Part shown: positions 31,744 through 41,850 of the stretch, piece after piece
How positions within the stretch are numbered: the stretch's first letter is position 1
Layout of the letters: each line of letters begins with the position of its first letter
Source of the DNA: Dehalococcoidia bacterium
Lineage (GTDB): Bacteria; Chloroflexota; Dehalococcoidia; Bin125
Direction of reading: 5' to 3'
Assembly (NCBI GenBank): GCA_963663895.2
Contig: CAXXRD010000002.1
Span: 1 to 64,000, forward strand
Length of the DNA: 64,000 nucleotides
The notes under the pieces: model-generated
The model's database searches: none
What the model was told of the DNA's origin: nothing
Seen by the model: only the letters and a program-made list of their open reading frames with translations
Translations under genes and position numbers: made by a program

Positions 31744-33510
31744 ATGGACCCCGTCCAGCTCCTCGTCATGGCCAATCGCGTCGACGGGATCACCCGCGAC
31801 ATGACCAACACCATCATCTGGACCACTCGCTCCGCCACCCTCGCCGCCCGCGACCTCTCGACCTCCATCTGTACCGCCCAGCATGAGCTTTTCGTCGCCC
31901 CCGAGGGGCTCCCCGTCCACGTCTACGGCTCCGGGCTGCTCTGCGAAGCGATGGCCGACCTCCACCCGGACTTCCAAGAGGGCGACGCTTTCCTCCACAA
32001 CGATCCCTATCTCGGTAACACGCACGCCGCCGACCACACCGTCCTGGTGCCCGTCTTCTTCGAAGGCAAGCACGTTTTCACGACCTGCGTCAAAGCGCAT
32101 CAGGCCGACATCGGCGACGCCATCCCTACCACGTACATGCCCAAAGCCCGCGACGTCTACGAAGAGGGCGCCCTGATCTTTCCCTGCGTGAAAGTGCAAG
32201 AGAGCTACCAAGACGTGGGCGACATCATCCGCATGTGCCAGAAGCGCATCCGCGTCCCCGAGGTCTGGTACGGCGACTACCTCGCCATGATCGCCGCCGC
32301 CCGCGTCGGTGAGCAGGGGCTCAAGGATCTCTGCGCCAAGTTCGGCCTCGACACGGTCAAGACATTCGTCCGTGAATGGCTCGACTACCAGGAGCGCGTC
32401 ATCGACGCCGCCATCCGCAAGCTGCCACCCGGCCGGCTCCACGCCCACACGACCTTCGACCCCTTCCCCTATCTTCCCGACGGCGTCCCTCTCCAAGCCG
32501 GCATCGACATCGACCCCGCCGCCGGCCGCGTCACCGTCGACATGCGCGACAATCCGGACACCACCCCCACCGGCCTCAATCTCAGCCGCGCCACCGCCAC
32601 CAACGCCGGCATCTCCGCCGTCCTCGCCGTCCTCAACTCGCTCCCCACCGTCGACACCGAGGTCAAGAACAACGCCGGCAGCTTCCGCCGCATCCAGGTC
32701 CTCCTGCGCGAGAACTGCGTCGTCGGCATCCCTCGCCACCCCACCTCCTGCTCCATGGCCACCACCGGCATCGCCGACCGGGTACAAGCGATGATTCACG
32801 CCGCCTTCGGCCGCCACGCCGACGGGATCGGTCTGGCCGAGTCCGGCCGTGGTCAAGGGCCCTACATGGCCGTCGTCTCCGGCTACGACCGGCGCCGCGA
32901 CGAGCCCTACATGCTCTCCCTCTTCAGCGGAACCGCCGGCGGTCCCGGCACCCCCAACACCGATGGCTGGCTCACCTTCCTCATGGCCGCCGGCGCCGGC
33001 CTGCTCTACATCGATCAGTCCGAAGTGATTGAGCAGAAATATCCGATGGTGGTGATCGAGATGCGTGTCCGCCTCGACTCGGAAGGCGCCGGCCGCCAGC
33101 GCGGCGCTCCCGGATCTATCACCGTCTTCGGCCCCATCGACCATACGATGGAGGTCCACTACTCCCTCGACGGCATGATCAATGTCCCTCTCGGGGTGCA
33201 GGGCGGAGGCCCTGCCCTCGGCCCCGCCGCTCAGCTCATCGACGCCGACGGCGCCACCCGCGACTTACCCGACATCGTCGGCGAGCAGCCCCTGCAAGCC
33301 GGTGAGCACATCGTCTCCCTCTCCGCCGGCGGGGGCGGCTACGGTCACCCCCACCAGCGCCCGGCTCAAGCCGTCCTCAGCGACGTCGTCGAGGGCTACA
33401 TCTCTCCCCGCCGCGCCCGCGAGACTTACGGCGTCGCCCTCGCAGGCGATCCCGCCAAGGTCGAGACCTTGCGGGTGGACGAGACGGCCACCGCGACGCT
33501 GCGCGCCTAA
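31744..33510 (+). CDS. Hydantoinase B / oxoprolinase subunit, paralog B3
   Basis: NDPYLGNTHAADH, KAHQAD, DSEGAG and GGGYGHP motifs. Confidence 0.93.
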   Translation: MDPVQLLVMANRVDGITRDMTNTIIWTTRSATLAARDLSTSICTAQHELFVAPEGLPVHVYGSGLLCEAMADLHPDFQEGDAFLHNDPYLGNTHAADHTVLVPVFFEGKHVFTTCVKAHQADIGDAIPTTYMPKARDVYEEGALIFPCVKVQESYQDVGDIIRMCQKRIRVPEVWYGDYLAMIAAARVGEQGLKDLCAKFGLDTVKTFVREWLDYQERVIDAAIRKLPPGRLHAHTTFDPFPYLPDGVPLQAGIDIDPAAGRVTVDMRDNPDTTPTGLNLSRATATNAGISAVLAVLNSLPTVDTEVKNNAGSFRRIQVLLRENCVVGIPRHPTSCSMATTGIADRVQAMIHAAFGRHADGIGLAESGRGQGPYMAVVSGYDRRRDEPYMLSLFSGTAGGPGTPNTDGWLTFLMAAGAGLLYIDQSEVIEQKYPMVVIEMRVRLDSEGAGRQRGAPGSITVFGPIDHTMEVHYSLDGMINVPLGVQGGGPALGPAAQLIDADGATRDLPDIVGEQPLQAGEHIVSLSAGGGGYGHPHQRPAQAVLSDVVEGYISPRRARETYGVALAGDPAKVETLRVDETATATLRA

Positions 33511-33633
33511 GCCGGCTCGGCCTGCCCCCCTCTTTCCAGCGGGGATCAGGAAACCGGGCGCGACTCCTGAGACGGCGGCGCCCCTACGGCAGCCCCCAAG
33601 GCCAAGACAGCCTCCGCATCAACGCCGCCGCGC

Positions 33634-33717
33634 GCGCTACCCTGCCCCCAAGGCCGCGTGAACCCACCGCAAGGATCGGACGAAGGACTTAGCCGCATGC
33701 CACCCGAGACTCCCGCC
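33634..33717 (+). repeat. Duplicated promoter/leader shared by B4 and B5
   Basis: GCGCTACCCTGCC (TACCCT -10 at 33638 and 35554) and CGAAGGA.T.AGCCGCATGCCACCCGAGACTCCC occur upstream of both genes. Confidence 0.7.
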
Positions 33718-35493
33718 ATGGATCCGGTACAGATGCTCGTCATGGCCAACCGCATCGACGGCATCACCCGCGAGATGACCAACACCCTCGTACGCACCGC
33801 CCGCTCCACCACCCTCGTCGCCCGCGACTTCTCCACCTCCATCTCCGACGCCGACCACCAGCTCTTCGCCGCGCCCGAGGGCGTCCCCTGCCACGTCTAC
33901 GGATCCGGCCTCCTCTGCGAAGCGATGGCCGACCTGCACCCCGACTTCCAAGAGGGCGACGCCTTCCTCCACAACGACCCCTACCTCGGAAACTCCCACG
34001 CCGCCGACCACACCATCCTGGTGCCCGTTTTCTTCGAAGGCACACACATCTTCACCACCTGCGTGAAGGCGCACCAGGCCGACTGCGGCAACGCCATCCC
34101 CTCCACCTACACCCCCAAAGCGATCGACGTCTACCAGGAGGGCGCCCTCATCTTCCCCTGCGTTCGCATCCAGCGACGCTATCAAGATGTCGGCGACATC
34201 GTCCGCATGTGCCAGAAGCGCATCCGCGTCCCCGAGATCTGGTACGGCGACTACCTGGCCATGCTGGCCGCCGCCCGCGTGGGCGAGCAACGCATCAAGG
34301 ACCTCTGCCGCAAGTTCGGGCTCGAAACCGTGCAACGCTTCGTCCAGGAATGGAAGAGCTACTGCGAGCGGCTGGCAACCGACGCCATTTCCAAGCTGCC
34401 TCCCGGCCGTATCCATGCCCAAACCGCCCTCGATCCCTTTCCCAACGTCCCCGACGGCATCCCGCTCCAAGCCGCCATCGAAGTCCGGCCCGGCGACGGC
34501 CAGGTCACCGTCGACCTGCGCGACAACCCGGACTGCACCCCCACCGGCCTCAACCTCTCCCAGTCCACCGCCGTCAACTGCGGCATCTCCGGCGTCCTCA
34601 CCGTGCTCAACTCCAAGCGCCGGGCCAAGGCCGCCCTCGTCCCCAACAATGCCGGCAGCTTCCGCCGCGTCACCGTCCACGTCCGCGAGAACTGCGTCGT
34701 CGGCATCCCCCAGCACCCCGCCTCCTGCTCCATGGCCACCAACACCGTCGCCGACCGCGCCCTGGGCATGATCTACGCCGCCTTCGCGGAGCTCGGCGAC
34801 GGCGTCGGTCTCGCCCAGCCCTGCTGGGGCTCCGGTCCCTACCAAGGCGTCGCCTCCGGCTATCACCGCAAGCGCGACGAACGCTACGTGCTCCAGCTCT
34901 TCGCCGGCACCGCCGGCGGCCCCGCCTCGGCCGAGTCCGACGGCTGGCTCACCCTGCTCATCGCCAACGGTGGCGGCCTCAACTACTTCGACCAAGCCGA
35001 GGTCGTCGAGCAGAAGTATCCCTTCGTCATCTGGCGCACCTGCGTTCGCCCGGACTCCGAAGGCGCCGGGCGGCAGCGCGGCGGCCCCGGCAACATCTGC
35101 ATCTACGGACCCCTCGCCGACGAAGAGCCGATGGTCGTCCACTACTCCCAAGACGGCATGATCACCTCGCCCAAAGGCGTCCGCGCCGGCGGCCCCGCCC
35201 TCGGCTCGCAGGTCTGGCTGCGCCGCGCCGGCGGCCGCGATCACTACCTCCCCAGCATCGTGGGCGAGCAAACCGTCGGTCCCGACGAGCGCCTTATCTC
35301 CCTTTCCGCCGGCGGCGGCGGCTACGGCCATCCCCACCAGCGTCCGCCGCAAGCCGTCCTCACCGACGTCGTCGAGGGCTACATCTCCCCCCAGCGCGCC
35401 CGCGCCGTCTACGGCGTCGCCCTCGCAGGAGACGCCACCAGGGTCGAAACCCTGCGGGTGGACGAGGCCGTCACCGCGACCCTGCGCGCCTAG
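33697..35493 (+). CDS. Hydantoinase B / oxoprolinase subunit, paralog B4
   Basis: Same motif set as B1-B3. GAAGGA SD before ATG 33697. Confidence 0.93.
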   Translation: MPPETPAMDPVQMLVMANRIDGITREMTNTLVRTARSTTLVARDFSTSISDADHQLFAAPEGVPCHVYGSGLLCEAMADLHPDFQEGDAFLHNDPYLGNSHAADHTILVPVFFEGTHIFTTCVKAHQADCGNAIPSTYTPKAIDVYQEGALIFPCVRIQRRYQDVGDIVRMCQKRIRVPEIWYGDYLAMLAAARVGEQRIKDLCRKFGLETVQRFVQEWKSYCERLATDAISKLPPGRIHAQTALDPFPNVPDGIPLQAAIEVRPGDGQVTVDLRDNPDCTPTGLNLSQSTAVNCGISGVLTVLNSKRRAKAALVPNNAGSFRRVTVHVRENCVVGIPQHPASCSMATNTVADRALGMIYAAFAELGDGVGLAQPCWGSGPYQGVASGYHRKRDERYVLQLFAGTAGGPASAESDGWLTLLIANGGGLNYFDQAEVVEQKYPFVIWRTCVRPDSEGAGRQRGGPGNICIYGPLADEEPMVVHYSQDGMITSPKGVRAGGPALGSQVWLRRAGGRDHYLPSIVGEQTVGPDERLISLSAGGGGYGHPHQRPPQAVLTDVVEGYISPQRARAVYGVALAGDATRVETLRVDEAVTATLRA

Positions 35494-35611
35494 GCCGGAT
35501 CGTCGCACCGCCAGCCCCGCAACTCTCCTCCGTATGGATGACGCCGCGAGCGCTACCCTGCCAAGCGGATCACGGGAGCCCGAGCACTAAACGACCGAAG
35601 GATTGAGCCGC

Positions 35612-37432
35612 ATGCCACCCGAGACTCCCACCATGGACCCGGTCCAGCTGCTCGTCATGGCCAACCGCGTCGACGGCATCGTCCGCGAGATGACCGAAAC
35701 CCTGGTCCGCACCGGCCGCTCCGCCCAGCTCGCCGCCCGCGACCTCTCCTGCTCCCTCTCCACCGCCCAGCACGAACTCTTCGCCGCCCCCGACGGCTGT
35801 CCCGTCCACGTCTACGGCTCCGGCCTGCTCTGCGAGGCGATGGCCGATCTCCACCCCGACTTTGAGGAGGGCGACGCCTTCCTGCACAACGACCCCTACC
35901 TGGGCAACACCCACGCCGCCGACCACACCGTGATGGTCCCCGTCTTCTTCAAGGGCGAGCACATCTTCACCACCTGCGCCAAGGCCCACCTCTCCGACAC
36001 GGGCAACGCCATCGCCACCACTTACTCGCCCGAATCCATCGACGTCTACGCCGAGGGCGCCCTCATCTTCCCCTGCGTCAAGATCCAGGAGCACTACACC
36101 GACCGAAACGACATCATCCGCATGTGCCGCAAGCGCATCCGCGTCCCCGAGATCTGGTACGGCGACTATCTCGCCATGCTGGCCGCCGCCCGCGTCGGCG
36201 AGCGCCGCATCCAGCAGTTCTGTGAGAAGTTCGGCCTCGACACCGTCAAGACCTTCGTGCGGGAATGGCTCGACTACTCCGAGCGCATGACCATCGCCGC
36301 CATCCGCGACCTCCCCGCCGGCCGGGCCGAAGCCACCAGCACCGTCGATCCCTTCCCCGGCGTCCCCGACGGCATCCCGCTCCAGACCGAAGTCATCGTC
36401 GATCCCGCAGCCGCCCGCGTCACGGTCGATTTCCGCGACAATCCCGATTGCACGCCCACCGGCCTCAACCAAAGCCGAGCCACGGCGACCACCGCCGGCA
36501 TCTCCGGCATCCTGCACATCCTCAACGGCCACCCCGAAGCCAAGTCCGAGATCGCTCCCAACAACGGCGGCAGCTTCCGCCGCTTCGACATCCTCCTGCG
36601 GGAAAACTGTGTCCTCGGCATCCCCGTGCACCCCACCTCTTGCTCAATGGCCACCACCACCGTCTTCGAACGGGCCGTCAGCATGATCTTTTCCGCCTTC
36701 GCCAAGCTGGCCGACGGCGTCGGCTTCGGTGAGCCCTGCTGGGGCCTCGCCCCCCTCGACGGCGTGGTCTCCGGCTTCGACCGGCGGCGCGGCGAGCCCT
36801 ACATCTTCCAGATCTTCAGCGGCACCGCCGGCGGGCCCGCCGGCCCGCGCAACGACGGCTGGCTCACCCTCCTCGGCCCCGGCGCCGCCGGCTGCCTCTA
36901 CCTCGACTCCGCCGAAGTCATCGAGCAGAAATACCCCATGGCCGTCTACGAGCGGCGCGTGCGCCTCGACTCCGAGGGCGCCGGCCGCACCCGCGGCGCT
37001 CCCGGCAACATCTGCGCCTACGGCCCTCTCCTCGACCCGCAGGTCGTCTACTACTCCCTCGACGGCATGTTCAACCCGCCCCGCGGCGTCCGCGCCGGCG
37101 GTCCGCCCCTCGGTCCCAGCGCCCAGCTTCGCACGGCCGGGGGCGACGTCCGCGTCCTTCCCAACCTCGTGGGCGAGCAATGGCTCCAGCGCGGCGAGCA
37201 GATCGTCTCCATCTCCGCCGGGGGCGGCGGCTACGGCCACCCCCATCAACGCTCGGCCCAAGCCGTCCTCCACGACGCGGTCGAGGGCTACATCTCTCCC
37301 GGACGCGCCCGCGCGCTCTACGGCGTCGTCCTCGCGGGCAACCCGGACAAGGCCGAAACCCTCCGCATCGACGAAGCCGCCACCCAGGCCCTGCGCTCCG
37401 GCTCGACCACAGCCGCTCGCCCGGCCGGATAG
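35612..37432 (+). CDS. Hydantoinase B / oxoprolinase subunit, paralog B5
   Basis: Same motif set with a KAHLSD variant. GAAGGA SD before ATG 35612. Confidence 0.93.
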   Translation: MPPETPTMDPVQLLVMANRVDGIVREMTETLVRTGRSAQLAARDLSCSLSTAQHELFAAPDGCPVHVYGSGLLCEAMADLHPDFEEGDAFLHNDPYLGNTHAADHTVMVPVFFKGEHIFTTCAKAHLSDTGNAIATTYSPESIDVYAEGALIFPCVKIQEHYTDRNDIIRMCRKRIRVPEIWYGDYLAMLAAARVGERRIQQFCEKFGLDTVKTFVREWLDYSERMTIAAIRDLPAGRAEATSTVDPFPGVPDGIPLQTEVIVDPAAARVTVDFRDNPDCTPTGLNQSRATATTAGISGILHILNGHPEAKSEIAPNNGGSFRRFDILLRENCVLGIPVHPTSCSMATTTVFERAVSMIFSAFAKLADGVGFGEPCWGLAPLDGVVSGFDRRRGEPYIFQIFSGTAGGPAGPRNDGWLTLLGPGAAGCLYLDSAEVIEQKYPMAVYERRVRLDSEGAGRTRGAPGNICAYGPLLDPQVVYYSLDGMFNPPRGVRAGGPPLGPSAQLRTAGGDVRVLPNLVGEQWLQRGEQIVSISAGGGGYGHPHQRSAQAVLHDAVEGYISPGRARALYGVVLAGNPDKAETLRIDEAATQALRSGSTTAARPAG

Positions 37433-37552
37433 CGCGCTCCGCGCCGGCGATCAGCGGCAGAGCGCGATCTGAAGTAGACTCCCGCCGACCAGCCAGCCGA
37501 CGCGAGCCGCGCCCCCGCGCGGCGGCGCACCGTCCCGAACGCGAGTAGCTCA

Positions 37553-37966
37553 ATGACCCTCCACGCCCGCTCCGCCATCAATCCCGACGGCCTCCTCAAG
37601 TTTCCCGGCCCGGTCTCCCAAGGGATGCGCGCCAAGGCCGACGAGTACATCTTCGTCGCCGGCCAGGTCGCCCTCGGTCCCGACGGCGCCGTCGTCGCCC
37701 CGCACGACATGGACGGCCAGGCCCGCAAGGTGCTCGAGAACATCGACATCCTCCTCAAGGAGGCCGGCGCCGACTGGGACAACATCGTCGACTTCACCAC
37801 CTACATCGTCGGCTCCCAGCACATGACCACCTTCATGCAGGTCCGCAACGAGCTCTTCCCCACCTACTTCAAGAGCGGCGTCTACCCGCCCAACACGCTC
37901 ATCTTCGTCAGCGGCCTCTTCAAGCCCGATCTCGTGCTCGAGATCCACGTCACCATCGGCGTCTGA
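37553..37966 (+). CDS. Rid (YjgF/RidA) family protein, non-Arg subtype
   Basis: IFVAGQVAL, QARKVLENI..LLKEAGA and YPPNTLIFVSGL...LVLEI. Asn occupies the catalytic Arg position. Confidence 0.87.
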   Translation: MTLHARSAINPDGLLKFPGPVSQGMRAKADEYIFVAGQVALGPDGAVVAPHDMDGQARKVLENIDILLKEAGADWDNIVDFTTYIVGSQHMTTFMQVRNELFPTYFKSGVYPPNTLIFVSGLFKPDLVLEIHVTIGV

Positions 37967-38051
37967 GGAGCTATCCGAGAAGCCGCCCGGCACGTCCACG
38001 AGCCACACAGCCAACCCAGCAAAGCGCGGCGCAGCCACCCGAGGCAGAACC

Positions 38052-39845
38052 ATGTCCACCCGCGACGAGCGAACGATCGACCCGGTGCAACTCCTGGTCA
38101 TGGCCAACCGCATCGACGGAATCACCCGCGAGATGACCAACACCCTAGTGCGCACGGCCCGATCCGCCACCCTCGTCGCCCGCGACTTCTCCTGCTCGAT
38201 CGCCGACGCCGACCACCAGCTCTTCTCCGCGCCCGAGGGCATCCCCGTCCACGTCTTCGGCACCGGCCTCCTCTGCGAGGCGATGGCCGACCTGCACCCC
38301 GACTTCCAGGAGGGCGACGCCTTCCTCCACAACGATCCCTACCTGGGCAACTCCCACCCGGCCGACCACACGGTCATGGTCCCCGTCTTCGTCGAGGGGC
38401 AGCACGTCTTCACCTGCTGCGTCAAGGCGCACCAGGCCGACATCGGCAACAGCATCCCCACCACCTACACGCCCAAGGCGATCGACGTCTACCAGGAGGG
38501 CGCCCTGATCTTCCCCTGCGTCAAGGTGCAGGAGCGCTACCAGGACGTGGGCGACGTCATCCGCATGTGCCAGAAGCGCATCCGCGTGCCCCAGGTCTGG
38601 TACGGCGACTATCTGGGCATGCTGGCCGCCGCCCGCGTGGGCGAGGAGCGCGTCAAGGACTTCTGCCAGAAGTTCGGGCTGGAAACCGTGCAGCGCTTCA
38701 TCCAGGAGTGGAAGGACTACTGCGAGCGGCTGGCCGACTCCGCCATCCGCCAGCTCCCGGCCGGGCGCGTCCACGCCCAGACGGCCCTCGACCCCTTCCC
38801 CAACGTTCCCGACGGCATCCCCCTCCAGGCCGAGATCGCGATCGAGCCCGACCAGGGCCAGATCACGATCGACATGCGCGACAACCCGGACTGCACCCCC
38901 ACCGGGCTCAACCTCTCCCAGTCGACCGCCACCAACGCCGCCATCTCCGGCGTGCTGATGGTGCTCAACTCGGACCGCGAGGCCAAGGCGCCGGTGGTCT
39001 TCAACAACGCCGGCAGCTTCCGCCGCTTCAACGTCCTCCTGCGCGAGAACTGCGTGATCGGCATCCCCCGCCACCCTCACTCCTGCTCCATGGCCACCAA
39101 CACCGTGGCCGACCGGGCCATGTCGATGATCTACTCGGCCTTCGCCCAGCTCGGCGACGGCTACGGCCTGGCCGAGCCCTGCTTCGGCTCCGGCCCCTTC
39201 CAGGGCGTCGTCTCCGGCTACAACCACAGGCGCCGGGAGCCCTACGTGCTGCAGCTCTTCTCCGGCACGGCCGGCGGTCCCGGCGGCCCCCAGTCCGACG
39301 GCTGGCTCACCCTCTTCATCCCCGCCGGCAACGGCCTCCTCTACATGGACGAGGCCGAGGTGATCGAGCAGAAGTACCCCTTCATGATCTGGGACAACCG
39401 CGTGCGCCCCGACTCGGAGGGCGCCGGCCGCCACCGCGGCGCCCCCGGTAACGTCTGCATCTACGGCACCCTGGACGAGGACATGGAGGTTCACTACTCC
39501 CTGGACGGCTCCATCAACCCGCCCAAGGGCGTCCTGGGCGGCGGCCCCGCCCTGGGCCCGGCCGCCCTGCTGCAGAACCCCGACGGCAGCCAGACCGACC
39601 TGCCCGAGATCGTGGGCGAGCAGGTGGTCCCGCCGCGCCACGCCATCGTCAGCCTCTCGGCCGGCGGCGGCGGCTACGGCCCCGCGCACGAGCGCGACCC
39701 CGGAGCCGTGCTCACGGACGTGGTCGAGGGCTACGTCTCCTATGAACGGGCGCGCGATGCCTACGGAGTGGCGCTGGCGGGCGAGCCGGACAAGGTGGAG
39801 ACGCTACGGGTGGATCGGGCAGAGACCGCCGCGCTGCGCGCTTAA
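38052..39845 (+). CDS. Hydantoinase B / oxoprolinase subunit, paralog B6
   Basis: Same motif set. Its N-terminus RTIDPVQLL is identical to that of B1. Confidence 0.93.
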   Translation: MSTRDERTIDPVQLLVMANRIDGITREMTNTLVRTARSATLVARDFSCSIADADHQLFSAPEGIPVHVFGTGLLCEAMADLHPDFQEGDAFLHNDPYLGNSHPADHTVMVPVFVEGQHVFTCCVKAHQADIGNSIPTTYTPKAIDVYQEGALIFPCVKVQERYQDVGDVIRMCQKRIRVPQVWYGDYLGMLAAARVGEERVKDFCQKFGLETVQRFIQEWKDYCERLADSAIRQLPAGRVHAQTALDPFPNVPDGIPLQAEIAIEPDQGQITIDMRDNPDCTPTGLNLSQSTATNAAISGVLMVLNSDREAKAPVVFNNAGSFRRFNVLLRENCVIGIPRHPHSCSMATNTVADRAMSMIYSAFAQLGDGYGLAEPCFGSGPFQGVVSGYNHRRREPYVLQLFSGTAGGPGGPQSDGWLTLFIPAGNGLLYMDEAEVIEQKYPFMIWDNRVRPDSEGAGRHRGAPGNVCIYGTLDEDMEVHYSLDGSINPPKGVLGGGPALGPAALLQNPDGSQTDLPEIVGEQVVPPRHAIVSLSAGGGGYGPAHERDPGAVLTDVVEGYVSYERARDAYGVALAGEPDKVETLRVDRAETAALRA

Positions 39846-39862
39846 CCTGGCAAGGGGACCGC

Positions 39863-40468
39863 GTGACTCCATCAGGCGACTTCCACGACATCGAACTGCC
39901 GCAAGGTCTTACCAAAGCAGCGATTCGCAAAGCGATCGACTACGTCGAGCGCGAACTGGCCGAATTAACGGAAATCTACTTCGAGCAAGCCAACCTCTTC
40001 AGCGGACTGGTAAGCGTCTTCGCCACGAAAGGGCTCGATCGCACGAGCATCTACGAAAAGCGCCGACACTCGGACCTAGCTCAAACCAGGTTTCCTGATC
40101 TTCGCCGCCGCGGAAGCCCAGACCCACCTCCAGCGGAGCACTCCCTTGAGTGCAAGGCGAGCAAGCGACCTTGGGCCGTTCAATCTCACTACGACCATCC
40201 TGGCTGGTACATCGTCTGGAGATACTTGGTCGACGACACCCAAACCCTTGAGCCGGGTAAATCGCTCATCATCTGGCGAGTCGACGTCGCATACATCAAC
40301 CGAGACGACTGGAAGTACGAGAAAAGCACGGCGAGTTCCGAGGGTGGGGGTCGGACAGAAACGTTCGGCTTGAAACGTCCCGCCACGAAGCTACGCGGCA
40401 AGGCCGTCTACACGCGATCAGACGTCGTCATCTCCAAAGGGAAGGCCGTACCCGCCAACGGAGACTGA
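39863..40468 (+). CDS. Putative type II restriction endonuclease (PD-(D/E)XK fold)
   Basis: RFPDL...SLECKAS motif, lower GC, and a convergent 3' overlap with a DNA methyltransferase. Confidence 0.65.
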   Translation: MTPSGDFHDIELPQGLTKAAIRKAIDYVERELAELTEIYFEQANLFSGLVSVFATKGLDRTSIYEKRRHSDLAQTRFPDLRRRGSPDPPPAEHSLECKASKRPWAVQSHYDHPGWYIVWRYLVDDTQTLEPGKSLIIWRVDVAYINRDDWKYEKSTASSEGGGRTETFGLKRPATKLRGKAVYTRSDVVISKGKAVPANGD

Positions 40469-41614
40469 CTCCAGCGGCCCCGGGTCGCGGATAATCGTGC
40501 CCCGGAACGACTCGTAAGTCCCGACTTGCAGCGTCGCGAGTTGGGGAATTGCAGACTTCGCAATGTCAAAGAATCTCTTGTCGAGTTCCACACCCACGCT
40601 CTCATATCCGTTTGCTTCCGCAGCAGCAAGCGTCGAGCCGGACCCGGCAAAGGGATCAAGGATTCGTCCCTCACCGAGCGGCAGAATCGCTCTCACGACC
40701 TGACGCAGGAACGCTTGCGGTTTCAGGCTCGGATGAGGCGCGATCTCACGTTCCGAAGCCCGAGTCGGCCTTGAGACGATCACATCGCCGAACGGCCTCT
40801 CGTCCGAGACGCGGCGGAGTCCACCTGCTTTCCATTTCCGGAGATTATCTTGGACGCGTCCCTCGATCGGCTTGCGGAACAGCAGCCACGGCTCCCACAT
40901 TGATCGGGGCATGACCGTCACATCGGAGAACTCTTCATGTGCGTTCTTCGGGCGATCTCCCCCTCGCATTGTCATGACGAGCCGCGCGATCTCCCCCCGA
41001 CGCTCGAATCCCGCGCCTATCACCATCGCCGCTACGCGGTAGGAGACGAGTGGATTCGAAGCAATGAGCACGTGGGCGCCTGGCACGAGGACTGGAAGAA
41101 GTCGTGTCGCCCACTCGCCGAAGAAGTCGTCCAAAGCAGCCAGATCTCGCTTGCTCAGCGTTGTGAAGCGCGGCACCGGGGACCGCTCGTGTCCGTCAAA
41201 GGATGGGGGGATGCGCCAAACGCCGCCTCTGCCATTCCGGCGCTTCTCTTGCTCTTTCGCGGTGTACTCCACTAGCCCGTAAGGCGGATCGGTGACAACA
41301 CCGTGCACACTGTTCGGTAGCTGCTCAGACAGCCATTCCAAGCAATTCGCCTGAACGAGTTCAGCGCTGCCGAATCGGTAGATCTCTGCCGCCCATCCCG
41401 GACGGAGCCGGTACCGTCCGTGGCCCGCTCGCTCGAACACGTCTCTAGAATTCAACCGGAGGTACGACCTCACGGATGACGGCGCCACTACTCCTCCCAA
41501 TTTTCTCTCGACATGCGCGCGAATATCACCTACCGGCGCTTCACCACCAAGGTCGCGCAACGACTCGATGATCGCGTCGCGTACTTCACCAGGGCGTCGA
41601 GATTTTTGTGTCAT
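40418..41614 (-). CDS. Beta-class N4C/N6A DNA methyltransferase with N-terminal winged-HTH domain
   Basis: Motif IV VTDPPY precedes HPSLKP and motif I ILDPFAGSGST. The first ~70 aa are wHTH-like (PSSVRSYL...FERAGHGRYRL). Confidence 0.88.
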   Translation of the reverse strand: MTQKSRRPGEVRDAIIESLRDLGGEAPVGDIRAHVERKLGGVVAPSSVRSYLRLNSRDVFERAGHGRYRLRPGWAAEIYRFGSAELVQANCLEWLSEQLPNSVHGVVTDPPYGLVEYTAKEQEKRRNGRGGVWRIPPSFDGHERSPVPRFTTLSKRDLAALDDFFGEWATRLLPVLVPGAHVLIASNPLVSYRVAAMVIGAGFERRGEIARLVMTMRGGDRPKNAHEEFSDVTVMPRSMWEPWLLFRKPIEGRVQDNLRKWKAGGLRRVSDERPFGDVIVSRPTRASEREIAPHPSLKPQAFLRQVVRAILPLGEGRILDPFAGSGSTLAAAEANGYESVGVELDKRFFDIAKSAIPQLATLQVGTYESFRGTIIRDPGPLESVSVGGYGLPFGDDDV

Positions 41615-41622
41615 CGCGTATG

Positions 41623-41643
41623 AAGATAGACGTCTAGACGTCG
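41623..41643 (-). promoter_or_regulatory. Palindromic operator overlapping the putative leaderless MTase promoter
   Basis: Perfect palindrome GACGTCTAGACGTC (41629-41642) abuts TATCTT (-10, minus strand 41628-41623), 8 nt from the ATG. Confidence 0.6.
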
Positions 41644-41850
41644 GCCTTCAAACGCGGCGCGCACTGCGGCCGAGTGTGTTTATACTCAGTATGCCGATAG
41701 CCCAAAAATCCAGTGTCGTTGTCCTCTCCGATCAAGGATCATCCCGTCATCCAATGAACTGTTAAAGAGCCGTCATCTACCTGTCGCTTCATTTATCTAC
41801 CAATCTCTGTCCGCCTGCCTCCCCTTCCGACCCGCTATCATCCCCCGACC

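Noticed and set aside
39840-41770. Integron-cassette origin of the R-M insert (GCTTAAC at 39840, GTTAAAG at 41761)
   Set aside because: The sites are 1.9 kb apart, do not form an attC hairpin, and there is no intI.
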